Of a stretch of DNA of 64,000 bases, positions 17,089 to 25,411 are shown piece after piece. How positions within the stretch are numbered: position 1 is the stretch's first letter; each line of letters opens with the position of its first letter. The notes below the pieces were generated by a model. The model saw only the letters and a program-made list of their open reading frames with translations, was not told the origin of the DNA and ran no database searches. The translations under genes and the position numbers were made by a program. This stretch comes from Euzebyales bacterium (GTDB taxonomy: Bacteria > Actinomycetota > Nitriliruptoria > Euzebyales > JAHELV01), in the NCBI GenBank assembly GCA_036374135.1, contig DASUUK010000068.1, positions 20,628-84,627 of the forward strand, written 5' to 3'.

Positions 17089-19020
17089 TCACACGATGCC
17101 GCCGACGACCGCGCCGAGCACGAGTACCACCGCGTAGGCGCCCAGCCCGCCCAGCACGATCGCCGTACGGAACCAGACGGGCAGGCTGGCGCGCGCCAGC
17201 AGATAGGCGACCACCCCGACGAACGGCACGAGCAGCACGACCGCCATCCACGCCAGCGTGGCGCCGCGGCCCAGATCGTCGCGGCGCGCCAGGTCCCACA
17301 GCGCCAGCGCGATCCAGGCGGCGACCAGTGCGAACGGCAGCAGGTAGGCGTACAGCCCGAACAGGACCGACCAGAACCCGGTCGCGAGCAGCGGGAGTCC
17401 GGACACGAGCACCTCCGGTGCGTGGTGCGGGGCGACCTCGCCGTCGGGAGCGGCGGGCACGTCGATGGCGGCGAGATCCAGGCGTAGCTGGTCGTAGACG
17501 TCGACCGCCGGGCGGACCGGTGCGTCGACACCGCCGACCAGCTGTGGTTGCGGTGGGGGAGGGGGTTGGTCGCGCGGCGGGTTGTCGGGTGCGAGCCCGC
17601 GCGCCGCCTCGGCGACGTAGCCCAGGTTGTTCGCGGCTGTCGACAGATCCCACCGCCACGGCAGGCGCGGGCCGTCGCAGCCCTGCACGGACTGGAGGGC
17701 GACCGGGACCGTGCGGCCCGCGTCGTTGTCCGAGAAGCAGTTGGCGGCGCCCGCTGGTCCCGCGAGCGCGAGATCGGCGCGGCCCGAACCGCCCACGACG
17801 TTGTCGCGGACGTGGTTGTCCGACGCGAGCCACAGGTGGTCGGACAGGTTCGGCGTGACGAGCACGCCGTGCATCGCGTTGCCGATGATGCGGTTGCGCT
17901 CGATGCGCACGTCATTGGTGCCGGCGGCGATGATGCCACCGCCGTACGACGGCCACTCGATCTCCAACGTCGGCACGTCGTCGACGCCGTTGTCGTAGAC
18001 GAGGTTGCCCACGATGTCGACGCGCTCCGCCGGCGGCAGCAGTTCCGTGTCGAGCGTGTTCGGCACGATGCCGGCGATGTTGTGGCGCCACGTCGACGAC
18101 ACGATGTGCAGATCGCCGCTGGCGTTCGTGCCCGAGTAGCCCAGTCCGTTGCGCTCCGCCACCACGTCGCGGATCACCGCGCGACAGGGGTCACACTGCC
18201 CGATGTAGAAGCCGGCGTCGGCCGACCCCGATGCCCACGAGCTCTCGAACAGCCCGTCGACCGAATCGAACGCGTAGATGCCGTAGACCTCGTTGTTGAC
18301 CGACGTCACGTTGGTGGCGCGATAGCCCGTCACGCCGGTCCAGAACAGGCCGTTGAGCCGGGCGTTGCGCACCGTGAGGTTCTCGACGGCGACGCCGTCG
18401 GCGGTGACGCTGACCGCGTTGGGACGAACGAACCCGCCGTCGATGACGACCGCGTTCCGGTCGGTGCCGCGCAGCACCAGGGACGGCGTGTCGATCTTGA
18501 CCTCTTCGCGGTACACGCCGGGCCCCACGAGGACCAGGTCCCCCGGATCGGCGGCGTCGACGGCGCCCTGGATCGTGCGGTGGTCCTCGGGCACCCGGCG
18601 GGTCACGCCCGATGCCGCCGCCACGGCGCGCTGCGGCGCGGTGTCGGGATCGGCGGCGTAGGGTACGTCACCGACCACCAACGTGGCGTACATGCCGTCC
18701 CCGTCAGCCGTGCCGTGGAGCGTGCAGTAGTAGCGGTAGACGCCGGGACGGTCGACGGTGATCGTGGTCGCCGCGCCGGTGGGCAGCACGTCGGCGCCGA
18801 AGGTGTCGGCGGTGGACCACGACCCGTCGACCGCGACCGCGTTGTGCACGGTCTTGCCCTGGTTGTGGAACACGATCTCGGCGTCCACCGGCACCCGGGT
18901 CACGTCGCGGGTGAACACGTTGTCGAGCATGCCGATGCGGACCTCACCAGGATCGTCCCGGCTTCCGCACCCGGCGAGCACCAGGCCGGCCAGCAGCGTC
19001 AGCGCGACGCGCCACCACAC
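17089..19020 (-). CDS. Lipoprotein with cupredoxin domain, right-handed beta-helix domain and C-terminal PLDc_N-like membrane hairpin
   Basis: Lipobox VLAGC; HNAV ... YYCTLHG....GM type-1 Cu ligands; TIQGAVDAADPGDLVLVGPGVYRE and repeated N/G beta-helix coils; C-terminal W..VVLLVPFVG...YL. Start is estimated (GGAAGG RBS). Confidence 0.8.
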   Translation of the reverse strand: MWWRVALTLLAGLVLAGCGSRDDPGEVRIGMLDNVFTRDVTRVPVDAEIVFHNQGKTVHNAVAVDGSWSTADTFGADVLPTGAATTITVDRPGVYRYYCTLHGTADGDGMYATLVVGDVPYAADPDTAPQRAVAAASGVTRRVPEDHRTIQGAVDAADPGDLVLVGPGVYREEVKIDTPSLVLRGTDRNAVVIDGGFVRPNAVSVTADGVAVENLTVRNARLNGLFWTGVTGYRATNVTSVNNEVYGIYAFDSVDGLFESSWASGSADAGFYIGQCDPCRAVIRDVVAERNGLGYSGTNASGDLHIVSSTWRHNIAGIVPNTLDTELLPPAERVDIVGNLVYDNGVDDVPTLEIEWPSYGGGIIAAGTNDVRIERNRIIGNAMHGVLVTPNLSDHLWLASDNHVRDNVVGGSGRADLALAGPAGAANCFSDNDAGRTVPVALQSVQGCDGPRLPWRWDLSTAANNLGYVAEAARGLAPDNPPRDQPPPPPQPQLVGGVDAPVRPAVDVYDQLRLDLAAIDVPAAPDGEVAPHHAPEVLVSGLPLLATGFWSVLFGLYAYLLPFALVAAWIALALWDLARRDDLGRGATLAWMAVVLLVPFVGVVAYLLARASLPVWFRTAIVLGGLGAYAVVLVLGAVVGGIV

Positions 19021-19493
19021 CGTCGGGCACCTTCCGCCGTGTCCTCGGACCTCATCATCGCACCACCGGCGACGCGCACCGAGGGACGCAGCGCTGTCGA
19101 GCGGGTGGGCGCGCACGCGGTCGTGCAGACCGCTGGCGGTCGCACGTTGGCGCTCGCCCCGGGAGCCGGCCGGGTGCAGGTCCTGGGAAGGTCGTCCGGG
19201 TTGCCGCCCGCGCGCCCGGATCGTGTCTGGCTGCTCGCCGACGGTGGCGGCGGCCCGAAGCGGATGGAACAGGTCGCCGAGCCCGGTCGTTGCGGCCGTG
19301 CTGGCCCCCCGACGAACGGCGCGTGCGCTGCTGGCCGGTGACGAGGTCGCCACCGGGACGCTGCTGATGGTCGACGACGCGGCGGTCGGGGACGCGTCGG
19401 CGTTCGTGGCAGTGGCCATCGCGCAGTGAGTGACCGCGCGTGGCCACGCTCCCCGGTCGGGGGTGACCGCTACGACACCGTCGCCGTGTGGCG

Positions 19494-20318
19494 TCACCGC
19501 CAGAGCGATGGCACCGAGCCACCGGCTGCCGAGCTGCGTTGACGACTCGGCCGTGCGGCAGGCGCGATGGCAGCGGCGACCGCGCCCACGCTGTCGACCG
19601 GTGCGTCAGCACGCGACGCGGCGAGCTCGCGCCATATCGCCGGCACCACCGCGCGCAGGTAGTGGTGCAGCTGGACGAACGACCGTCCATGCTCCCGGAA
19701 CGCGTAGGAGATCGGGACCTCCGCGTACCGGAGGCCCTGGCGTAGCAGGTTGAGGGTCAGCACCTGGGCGTAGTTGTAGTCGTGGACGATCTCGGCGGTG
19801 CGCGCGGCGTCGGCGGACAGCGCGCGGTACCCGCTCTGACCGTCGGTGATGGCGGTGTCCGCCAGGCGACGCAGCGCCCAGGTGAGCACGTGGTTGCCGG
19901 CGCGGCGGTGCGGATGCATGCGCCTGATCGTCCCGGCGAAGCGCGATCCGACGACGTAGTCGGCGTCGCCACGCAGGATGGGCAGGACGAGGTTGCCGAG
20001 CTCCTCCGGCGCGTACTCACCGTCGGCGTCGCAGAAGGCGACGACGCGCACACCACAGCGCACCGCGTGACGCAGCCCGGTGCGCACCGCGGCGCCGAGC
20101 CCGCGCCGGGCGCCATGACCGATCACCGTCGCACCCGCGAGGCGCGCGAGCTCGGCGGTGGCGTCCGTCGAGCCGTCATCGACGACCACGCAGCTCACGG
20201 CGATGCCCGCTACGGTGTCCGGCGTCCGGTCGATCACAGCGGCGACGGTCGCCGCCTCGTTGTGTGCGGGCAGCACGAGCGCGATGCCGCCGGCCTGCGG
20301 AGCGGTTGGTGATCCCAT
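19494..20318 (-). CDS. GT2 glycosyltransferase (polyprenyl-phosphate sugar synthase-like)
   Basis: LPAHNEA, VVDDGSTDAT, RGLGAA, CDADGEY, VVGSRF, TDGQSGYRA motifs. Confidence 0.92.
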   Translation of the reverse strand: MGSPTAPQAGGIALVLPAHNEAATVAAVIDRTPDTVAGIAVSCVVVDDGSTDATAELARLAGATVIGHGARRGLGAAVRTGLRHAVRCGVRVVAFCDADGEYAPEELGNLVLPILRGDADYVVGSRFAGTIRRMHPHRRAGNHVLTWALRRLADTAITDGQSGYRALSADAARTAEIVHDYNYAQVLTLNLLRQGLRYAEVPISYAFREHGRSFVQLHHYLRAVVPAIWRELAASRADAPVDSVGAVAAAIAPAARPSRQRSSAAGGSVPSLWR

Positions 20319-20319
20319 A

Positions 20320-20338
20320 TGAGCTTAGGCTAACCTAA
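20320..20338. promoter_or_regulatory. IdeR/DtxR iron box
   Basis: TGAGCTTAGGCTAACCTAA matches the consensus TTAGGTTAGGCTAACCTAA at 17/19; it lies between the divergent GT2 gene and the Fe-binding protein gene. Confidence 0.88.
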
Positions 20339-20402
20339 GTCATCGCTCGATGTCGCACCCACGTGCGACGGTTCCATCGGTCGGGGTCGGAGGGCTGACA
20401 GC

Positions 20403-21470
20403 GTGATGACAGATGCAGGTCCCACTCGTGCCCGCGCCGCCACGCGAGGCGTGGCTGGCGCACATCGCCGTCGGCTGCTCGCCGTCGGGCTATGGCTCGT
20501 CGGCGCGGTCGTCCTCGCCGCGTGCACGGGCGCGGCCGGCTCGGAACGGCTGACGATCTACTCCGGACGTGGGGAGAGCCTGGTCACGCCCGTGCTCGAG
20601 GCGTTCAACGAGGAGACCGGCATCGCCATCGACGTGCGCTACGGCGACTCGGCCGACCTCGCCCTGCTGATCGACGAGGAGGGCGACGCCTCTCCGGCCG
20701 ACATCTTCTACTCGCAGACGCCGGGTGCCACCGGCTTCCTGGCTGCCAACGACCGCCTCGCCCAGCTGCCCGACGACGTGCTGACGCAGGTCGATGAGCA
20801 GTTCCGCGGAGATGACGACCGCTGGCTGGGCGTGACGGGTCGGCAACGCGTACTCGTCTACAACGCCGACGAGTTGGATGAGTCCGACCTGCCATCGTCC
20901 GTGCTGGACGTCAACGATCCCCCATACGCCGGGCGCGTCGCAGTGGCGCCGTCGAACGGATCGTTCCAGGACTTCGTCACGGCGTTGCGTCAGACCGAGG
21001 GCGACGACGTCGCGCGTGCGTGGCTGGAGGGACTCGCGGCCAACGACGCCCCGACCTATGCCAACAACAACGCCATCGTCGAGGCGGTCGGTCGCGGCGA
21101 GGTGCCCATGGGGCTGGTCAACCACTACTACAACTACCGGTTCCTCGAGGAGGACCCCGATCTGCCCAGCCGCAACCACGTCTTCGGCGGACGCGACATC
21201 GGCGCGCTGCTGATCGACTCGACCGTCGCGGTGACCGCGGCCTCCGACCACCCGGACGCACAGCGCCTGGTCGAGTTCCTGCTGAGCGAGCCGGCGCAGC
21301 GTTTCTTCGCCGACGAGACGAAGGAGTACCCGCTGGCCTCGGGGGTCGAACCCGCCGATGACGTGCCGCCGCTCGACCTGTCGACCGTGCCCGCCGTCGA
21401 CGTCAACGACCTCGGTGACGGCCTGACCGCGACACTCGAGCTCATCCGCGACAGCGGACTCGATGGGTGA
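20403..21470 (+). CDS. Fe3+ ABC substrate-binding lipoprotein (FutA/AfuA/FbpA-like)
   Basis: Lipobox VLAAC; IYSGR, E.ETGI...VRYG.S, ADIFY, GLVNHYY (tandem Tyr iron ligands), EYPL motifs. Confidence 0.9.
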   Translation: MMTDAGPTRARAATRGVAGAHRRRLLAVGLWLVGAVVLAACTGAAGSERLTIYSGRGESLVTPVLEAFNEETGIAIDVRYGDSADLALLIDEEGDASPADIFYSQTPGATGFLAANDRLAQLPDDVLTQVDEQFRGDDDRWLGVTGRQRVLVYNADELDESDLPSSVLDVNDPPYAGRVAVAPSNGSFQDFVTALRQTEGDDVARAWLEGLAANDAPTYANNNAIVEAVGRGEVPMGLVNHYYNYRFLEEDPDLPSRNHVFGGRDIGALLIDSTVAVTAASDHPDAQRLVEFLLSEPAQRFFADETKEYPLASGVEPADDVPPLDLSTVPAVDVNDLGDGLTATLELIRDSGLDG

Positions 21471-22879
21471 TCGGATCCGCAGCGCGGGCACGTGCGGTAC
21501 CGCGCCGCCGGCGTGCACGTCCGCCGCCGCTCGTCGTGGCGATGGCCGTCGCCGCGTTGGTCGCGCTGGCCGGCGCGCTGGCGGGCGTGCCGGCGCGTGC
21601 CACGTATGGCGCGCGCACGACGGCCGATGAGCCCCAGTACCTCCTGACCGCCGTCAGCCTCGCCCGCGACGGAGACCTCGACATCAGCGATGAGCTGGCG
21701 GGTCAGGTGTGGCGCGCGTTCCACGCCGCCGACCTGCCACAGCAGACCCGCCCGCTGCCCGGCGGGGTCCGCATCAGTCCGCACGATCCGTTGCTGCCCG
21801 TGCTGCTGGCGCCCGGCGTGGCCCTCGGCGGATGGGTGGGCGCCAAGGTCACGCTCGCGGTGCTGGCGGCGCTGCTGGCGGCGCTGCTCGTCGCCGTGGC
21901 CGTGACGCGCCTCGCGGTGCGACCGGCCGTCGCCGCCACGGTGACCGCGGTGCTCGCGACGTCGGTCCCTCTGGCTCCCTATGGCTCCCAGGTGTATCCC
22001 GAGCTCCCGGCGGCGCTCGTCGTCGGCATGGCGCTGGCGGCGCTGCTCGGCCCGTTGCGGCGCCGGCGTGCGGTCGCCGTGGTGGTGCTCGCGTGCTGCG
22101 CGCTGCCGTGGCTCGGCGTCAAGTACGCGCCCGTCGCGGCCGTGCTGGCCGCCGCGTTGCTGGCGCGACTGGCGCAACGGGGCCACCTGCGCCGGGCGGA
22201 GGTGGTCGTCGGCGCGCTCGCGGTCGCCGGCGTCGTCTACCTGCTGATCCACCATCGTGTCTGGACCGGCTGGACCGTCTACGCGAGCGCCGACCACTTC
22301 GTCGGCACCGGCGAGCTCGGTGTCGTCGGCACCGCACCGGACCACTGGGCGCGCACGACCCGGCTGCTCGGCCTCCTGGTCGAGCGCGCGTTCGGCATCG
22401 CGGCCTGGCAGCCCGCGTGGCTCCTGCTGGTGCCCGCCACCGTCGCCGCGCTGCGCGCACGCGTGTCGGGCTCCCGCCTGCTGGTCGCCGTCCTCGCGGT
22501 CGGCTGGCTCACGGCGTCCTACGTGGCGCTGACGATGGCCGGCTGGTGGGTGCCCGGACGTCAGATCGTCGTCGTCCTGCCCGCGGCGGTGCTGTTGATC
22601 GCCTGGTGGGCCGACCGGCATCGCCCGGCGCTGCTGGCGACCGCGGCGCTGGGCGCGGTCGGCGTGGCGTCATGGCTGCTGCTGGCGTGGGAGGCGTCGT
22701 CGGGGCGGCTGACGCTGGTCGTCGACTTCTTCGCCACGGCGAACCCGTGGTACCGCCTGTGGAGCGGCGCGCTGCCGGACTACCTCGCTCCGACCGCGGC
22801 GACGTGGTGGCGTCACGGTGTGTGGCTGGTCGTCGTCGCCTGCCTTGCCGTGGTCGGAGCGCGCACCGCACGCCGCTGA
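21467..22879 (+). CDS. Multi-pass membrane protein, GT-C (ArnT/PMT-like) glycosyltransferase candidate
   Basis: About 10-12 hydrophobic segments; ADEPQY acidic motif in the first extracytoplasmic loop; YPELP and LPWLGVKY; GTGA overlap with the SBP stop. Confidence 0.6.
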   Translation: MIGSAARARAVPRRRRARPPPLVVAMAVAALVALAGALAGVPARATYGARTTADEPQYLLTAVSLARDGDLDISDELAGQVWRAFHAADLPQQTRPLPGGVRISPHDPLLPVLLAPGVALGGWVGAKVTLAVLAALLAALLVAVAVTRLAVRPAVAATVTAVLATSVPLAPYGSQVYPELPAALVVGMALAALLGPLRRRRAVAVVVLACCALPWLGVKYAPVAAVLAAALLARLAQRGHLRRAEVVVGALAVAGVVYLLIHHRVWTGWTVYASADHFVGTGELGVVGTAPDHWARTTRLLGLLVERAFGIAAWQPAWLLLVPATVAALRARVSGSRLLVAVLAVGWLTASYVALTMAGWWVPGRQIVVVLPAAVLLIAWWADRHRPALLATAALGAVGVASWLLLAWEASSGRLTLVVDFFATANPWYRLWSGALPDYLAPTAATWWRHGVWLVVVACLAVVGARTARR

Positions 22880-22883
22880 GGCA

Positions 22884-23666
22884 TCACCGGGGCGACGCCG
22901 CCCCGCGGTCGTCGGCCCGATGGCGCTGCTGGTACCGCGCGGCGACGGTCTGCAACGCGACCTGCGGCTCGAGAGCGTCAGGCACCGGCCCCAGGCGAGG
23001 TTCGAGCGCCGCGAGCAGCTCGCGGCCCACGTCGTCGCGTCGCGCAGGGGACAGGGCGTCCGCCCGCAGCAGGTACGCGCGGACCGCCGCGTAGTCGCGC
23101 GGGCCCAGCGCGCTCGTGTCGATGTCGTCGGCGAGCACCCCGGCGGCGGCCGGCACGGTGAAGTCGTGCGGTCGTGAGGTGCCGGATCCGACGCGTTCGC
23201 GGATCACGACGGTGCCGGCGACCATGTCACCGAGCCGCTGGTTGCGACGCGACAGCATGCTGGCCAGCACGGCGCCGAGGCCGAAGGTCGCGGCGAAGTC
23301 GACGAGACCCAGGGCCGCACGGATCGCAGCGTGGCGGAACCGCACGGGCGCGCCTTCGACGGTGACGACCCGTAGGCCCATCAGCGCCTTGCCCGGGGTG
23401 CGTCCGCCGCCGCGCCACACCGTCTCGAACGCGATCGGATAGCCGAAGTACGCGAGGAACACGACGAGGGTGATCGCCGTCACGATCACCCACTCCGGGG
23501 CGCCCGGCCTGGCCACGGACGCGCCGACGGCGGCGATGAGCACGAAGTACGCGATGGTCTGCAGCGCCCAGTCGATCATCACCGCGACTCCGCGCGAACC
23601 GACCGTCGCCTCCGGAACGTCCAGCGGGACGGCCTCGGGGGAGACCAGCACATGGTCGCGGCTCAT
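22884..23666 (-). CDS. RDD family membrane protein
   Basis: SPEAV.L, SRGVA.MID, GRTPGK..MGLRVV, RLGDMVAGT motifs. Confidence 0.88.
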   Translation of the reverse strand: MSRDHVLVSPEAVPLDVPEATVGSRGVAVMIDWALQTIAYFVLIAAVGASVARPGAPEWVIVTAITLVVFLAYFGYPIAFETVWRGGGRTPGKALMGLRVVTVEGAPVRFRHAAIRAALGLVDFAATFGLGAVLASMLSRRNQRLGDMVAGTVVIRERVGSGTSRPHDFTVPAAAGVLADDIDTSALGPRDYAAVRAYLLRADALSPARRDDVGRELLAALEPRLGPVPDALEPQVALQTVAARYQQRHRADDRGAASPR

Positions 23667-23715
23667 GTGATGTCGCCACCTCCCGGACCGCTCGGACCGT
23701 GCCACGATAGGCGCT

Positions 23716-24723
23716 GTGGACATCGACGGCTTCATCGCGGGCAACCGTGCCGGTTGGGAACGGCTCGACGAGCTCGTCGGCACGGTCGAACGCGGGCGGC
23801 ACCTGTCGGCCGACGACGTCGACGAGCTGGTGTCCGGCTACGAACGGACGTCGACGCACCTGTCGATCGCGCGGACCCGCTACGACGACGCGGCGCTGAC
23901 GGCCGAACTGACACGGCGGGTCGGGCGGGCACGCGCGGCGATCTACGGCAGTCGCACGGGCACCTGGCGGGACGCCGCGCTGTTCGTGACGCACGGCTTC
24001 CCCGGAGCCGTGTGGCACGCGCGCCGGCAGATCGCGGTGTCGTTCGCGCTGTTCATGGTCCCTGCGGTCGCCATGGCCGTCTGGCTGGCATCGTCGCCCC
24101 GCGCGCTCGACGTCGCGGCGCCGCCGGTGCTGCGCGAGGCCTACGTCGAACGCGACTTCGCCGACTACTACACGGCGCAACCCTCGGCGCAGTTCGCCAC
24201 GCAGGTGACGACCAACAACATCCGCGTCAGCGTGCTCGCGTTCGCCGGCGGGGTGCTGGCATGCGTGCCGACCGCCTGGGTCCTGGTGCTCAACGGCGCC
24301 AACGGTGGCGGCGCGGCCGGCCTGTTCGCCGCGGCGGGTGAGTTGCCGCGCTTCTGGGGACTCATCCTGCCCCACGGCCTGCTCGAGCTGACGGCCGTCT
24401 TCATCGCGGGCGGTGCCGGGTTGAAGCTGGGCTGGACGCTCATAGACCCCGGCGACCGCCCGCGGGGCGAGGCGCTGGCTGCAGAAGGGCGGCGATCGGT
24501 GGCGATCGTCATCGGCCTGGTCGCGGCGTTCGTGCTTGCAGGACTCGTCGAGGGCTTCGTGACCGGGTCACCGTTGCCGACCTGGGCCCGGGTCGGCATC
24601 GGTGTGGCCGTCGAGGTCGTCTTCGTGGGCTACGTGCTGCGGTTGGGGCCACGCGCCGCGGCCGTGCCCGTCGCCGACCCCGCCGCGGCCGCCGGCGCAC
24701 GGGCCCGCGGCGAGCGCCGCTGA
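23716..24723 (+). CDS. Stage II sporulation protein M (DUF95) family membrane protein
   Basis: MDID.FI....W.RL, NNIRV..LAFAGG, LILPHGLLELTA, LAGLVEGFVT motifs; divergent from the RDD gene. Confidence 0.88.
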   Translation: MDIDGFIAGNRAGWERLDELVGTVERGRHLSADDVDELVSGYERTSTHLSIARTRYDDAALTAELTRRVGRARAAIYGSRTGTWRDAALFVTHGFPGAVWHARRQIAVSFALFMVPAVAMAVWLASSPRALDVAAPPVLREAYVERDFADYYTAQPSAQFATQVTTNNIRVSVLAFAGGVLACVPTAWVLVLNGANGGGAAGLFAAAGELPRFWGLILPHGLLELTAVFIAGGAGLKLGWTLIDPGDRPRGEALAAEGRRSVAIVIGLVAAFVLAGLVEGFVTGSPLPTWARVGIGVAVEVVFVGYVLRLGPRAAAVPVADPAAAAGARARGERR

Positions 24724-24751
24724 TCCGTCGCGCGGTCGCGTCGCTGCGGGG

Positions 24752-25411
24752 TCACCCCGGTGCACCCATGTCCGCGAGCGCCGTCGGGAGATCGGCCAGC
24801 GTCGCCAGGACCAGATCGGGTCGAGGGTCGTCCGTCGGGCGCTGGAGCAGTCCCCAGGGGCCCCGGCGCAGCCACGCCGTGCGCAGTCCGGACCGTGCGG
24901 CGGGGACCACGTCGTTGTCGATCCGGTCACCGACGTAGAGCACGCCCGCCGGTGCGCTGGCGGCGAGCTCGCACACCCGGGCGAAGAACGCGGCGGCCGG
25001 CTTGTCGGTGCCCAGGTCGTCGCTCGTGGCGAGGGCGTCGACGGGCAGGTCCAGCGCCGCGAGCTGCGCGCGGCGCCGCGCCGGCTGGTTGCCCGCCACG
25101 ACCACCGTCAGCCCCATCCCGCGCACGGCGGTCAGCGTGGCGCGCACGTCGGAGTAGACGTCGGCGTCGGTGAACCCGCCGTAGCGCCGTTCGTGCTCTT
25201 CCTCGAGTGCATGCCAGTCGACCCCGGGCGCGACCAGATCGAACACGGCGTCGTGCTCCGCGCCGCCGGCGATCACGGCGCCCAGCGCTGCGACGAAGGT
25301 CAGCCTGGTCAGCCCGAGCAGGTCCGCCCACGTGTGCCACACGCGCGTCTCGTCGATCAGTACCTCGCCGACGTCGAAGACGACGGCCTCGAGCCCCGAC
25401 GGGCGCCTCAC
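24752..25411 (-). CDS. HAD-family hydrolase
   Basis: VVFDVGEVLIDE (motif I), AGNQ, KP..FF, YVGDRIDNDV motifs. Confidence 0.88.
   Translation of the reverse strand: MRRPSGLEAVVFDVGEVLIDETRVWHTWADLLGLTRLTFVAALGAVIAGGAEHDAVFDLVAPGVDWHALEEEHERRYGGFTDADVYSDVRATLTAVRGMGLTVVVAGNQPARRRAQLAALDLPVDALATSDDLGTDKPAAAFFARVCELAASAPAGVLYVGDRIDNDVVPAARSGLRTAWLRRGPWGLLQRPTDDPRPDLVLATLADLPTALADMGAPG

Noticed and set aside
19021-19497. 802-aa version of the cupredoxin gene (ORF-track start 19497)
   Set aside because: It would bury the lipobox about 160 residues inside the protein, and the extension has the S/T/A/P-rich character of a shadow frame. It is kept only as an alternative in the findings.
12184-22879. 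tRNA-Ala-integrated genomic island or prophage
   Set aside because: No integrase or transposase is present, and I found no downstream duplication of the tRNA 3' end. The block looks accessory, but mobility is unsupported.
21467-22879. FbpB-type iron ABC permease
   Set aside because: No EAA motif or duplicated permease repeat is seen; the loop motif fits GT-C-like proteins better.
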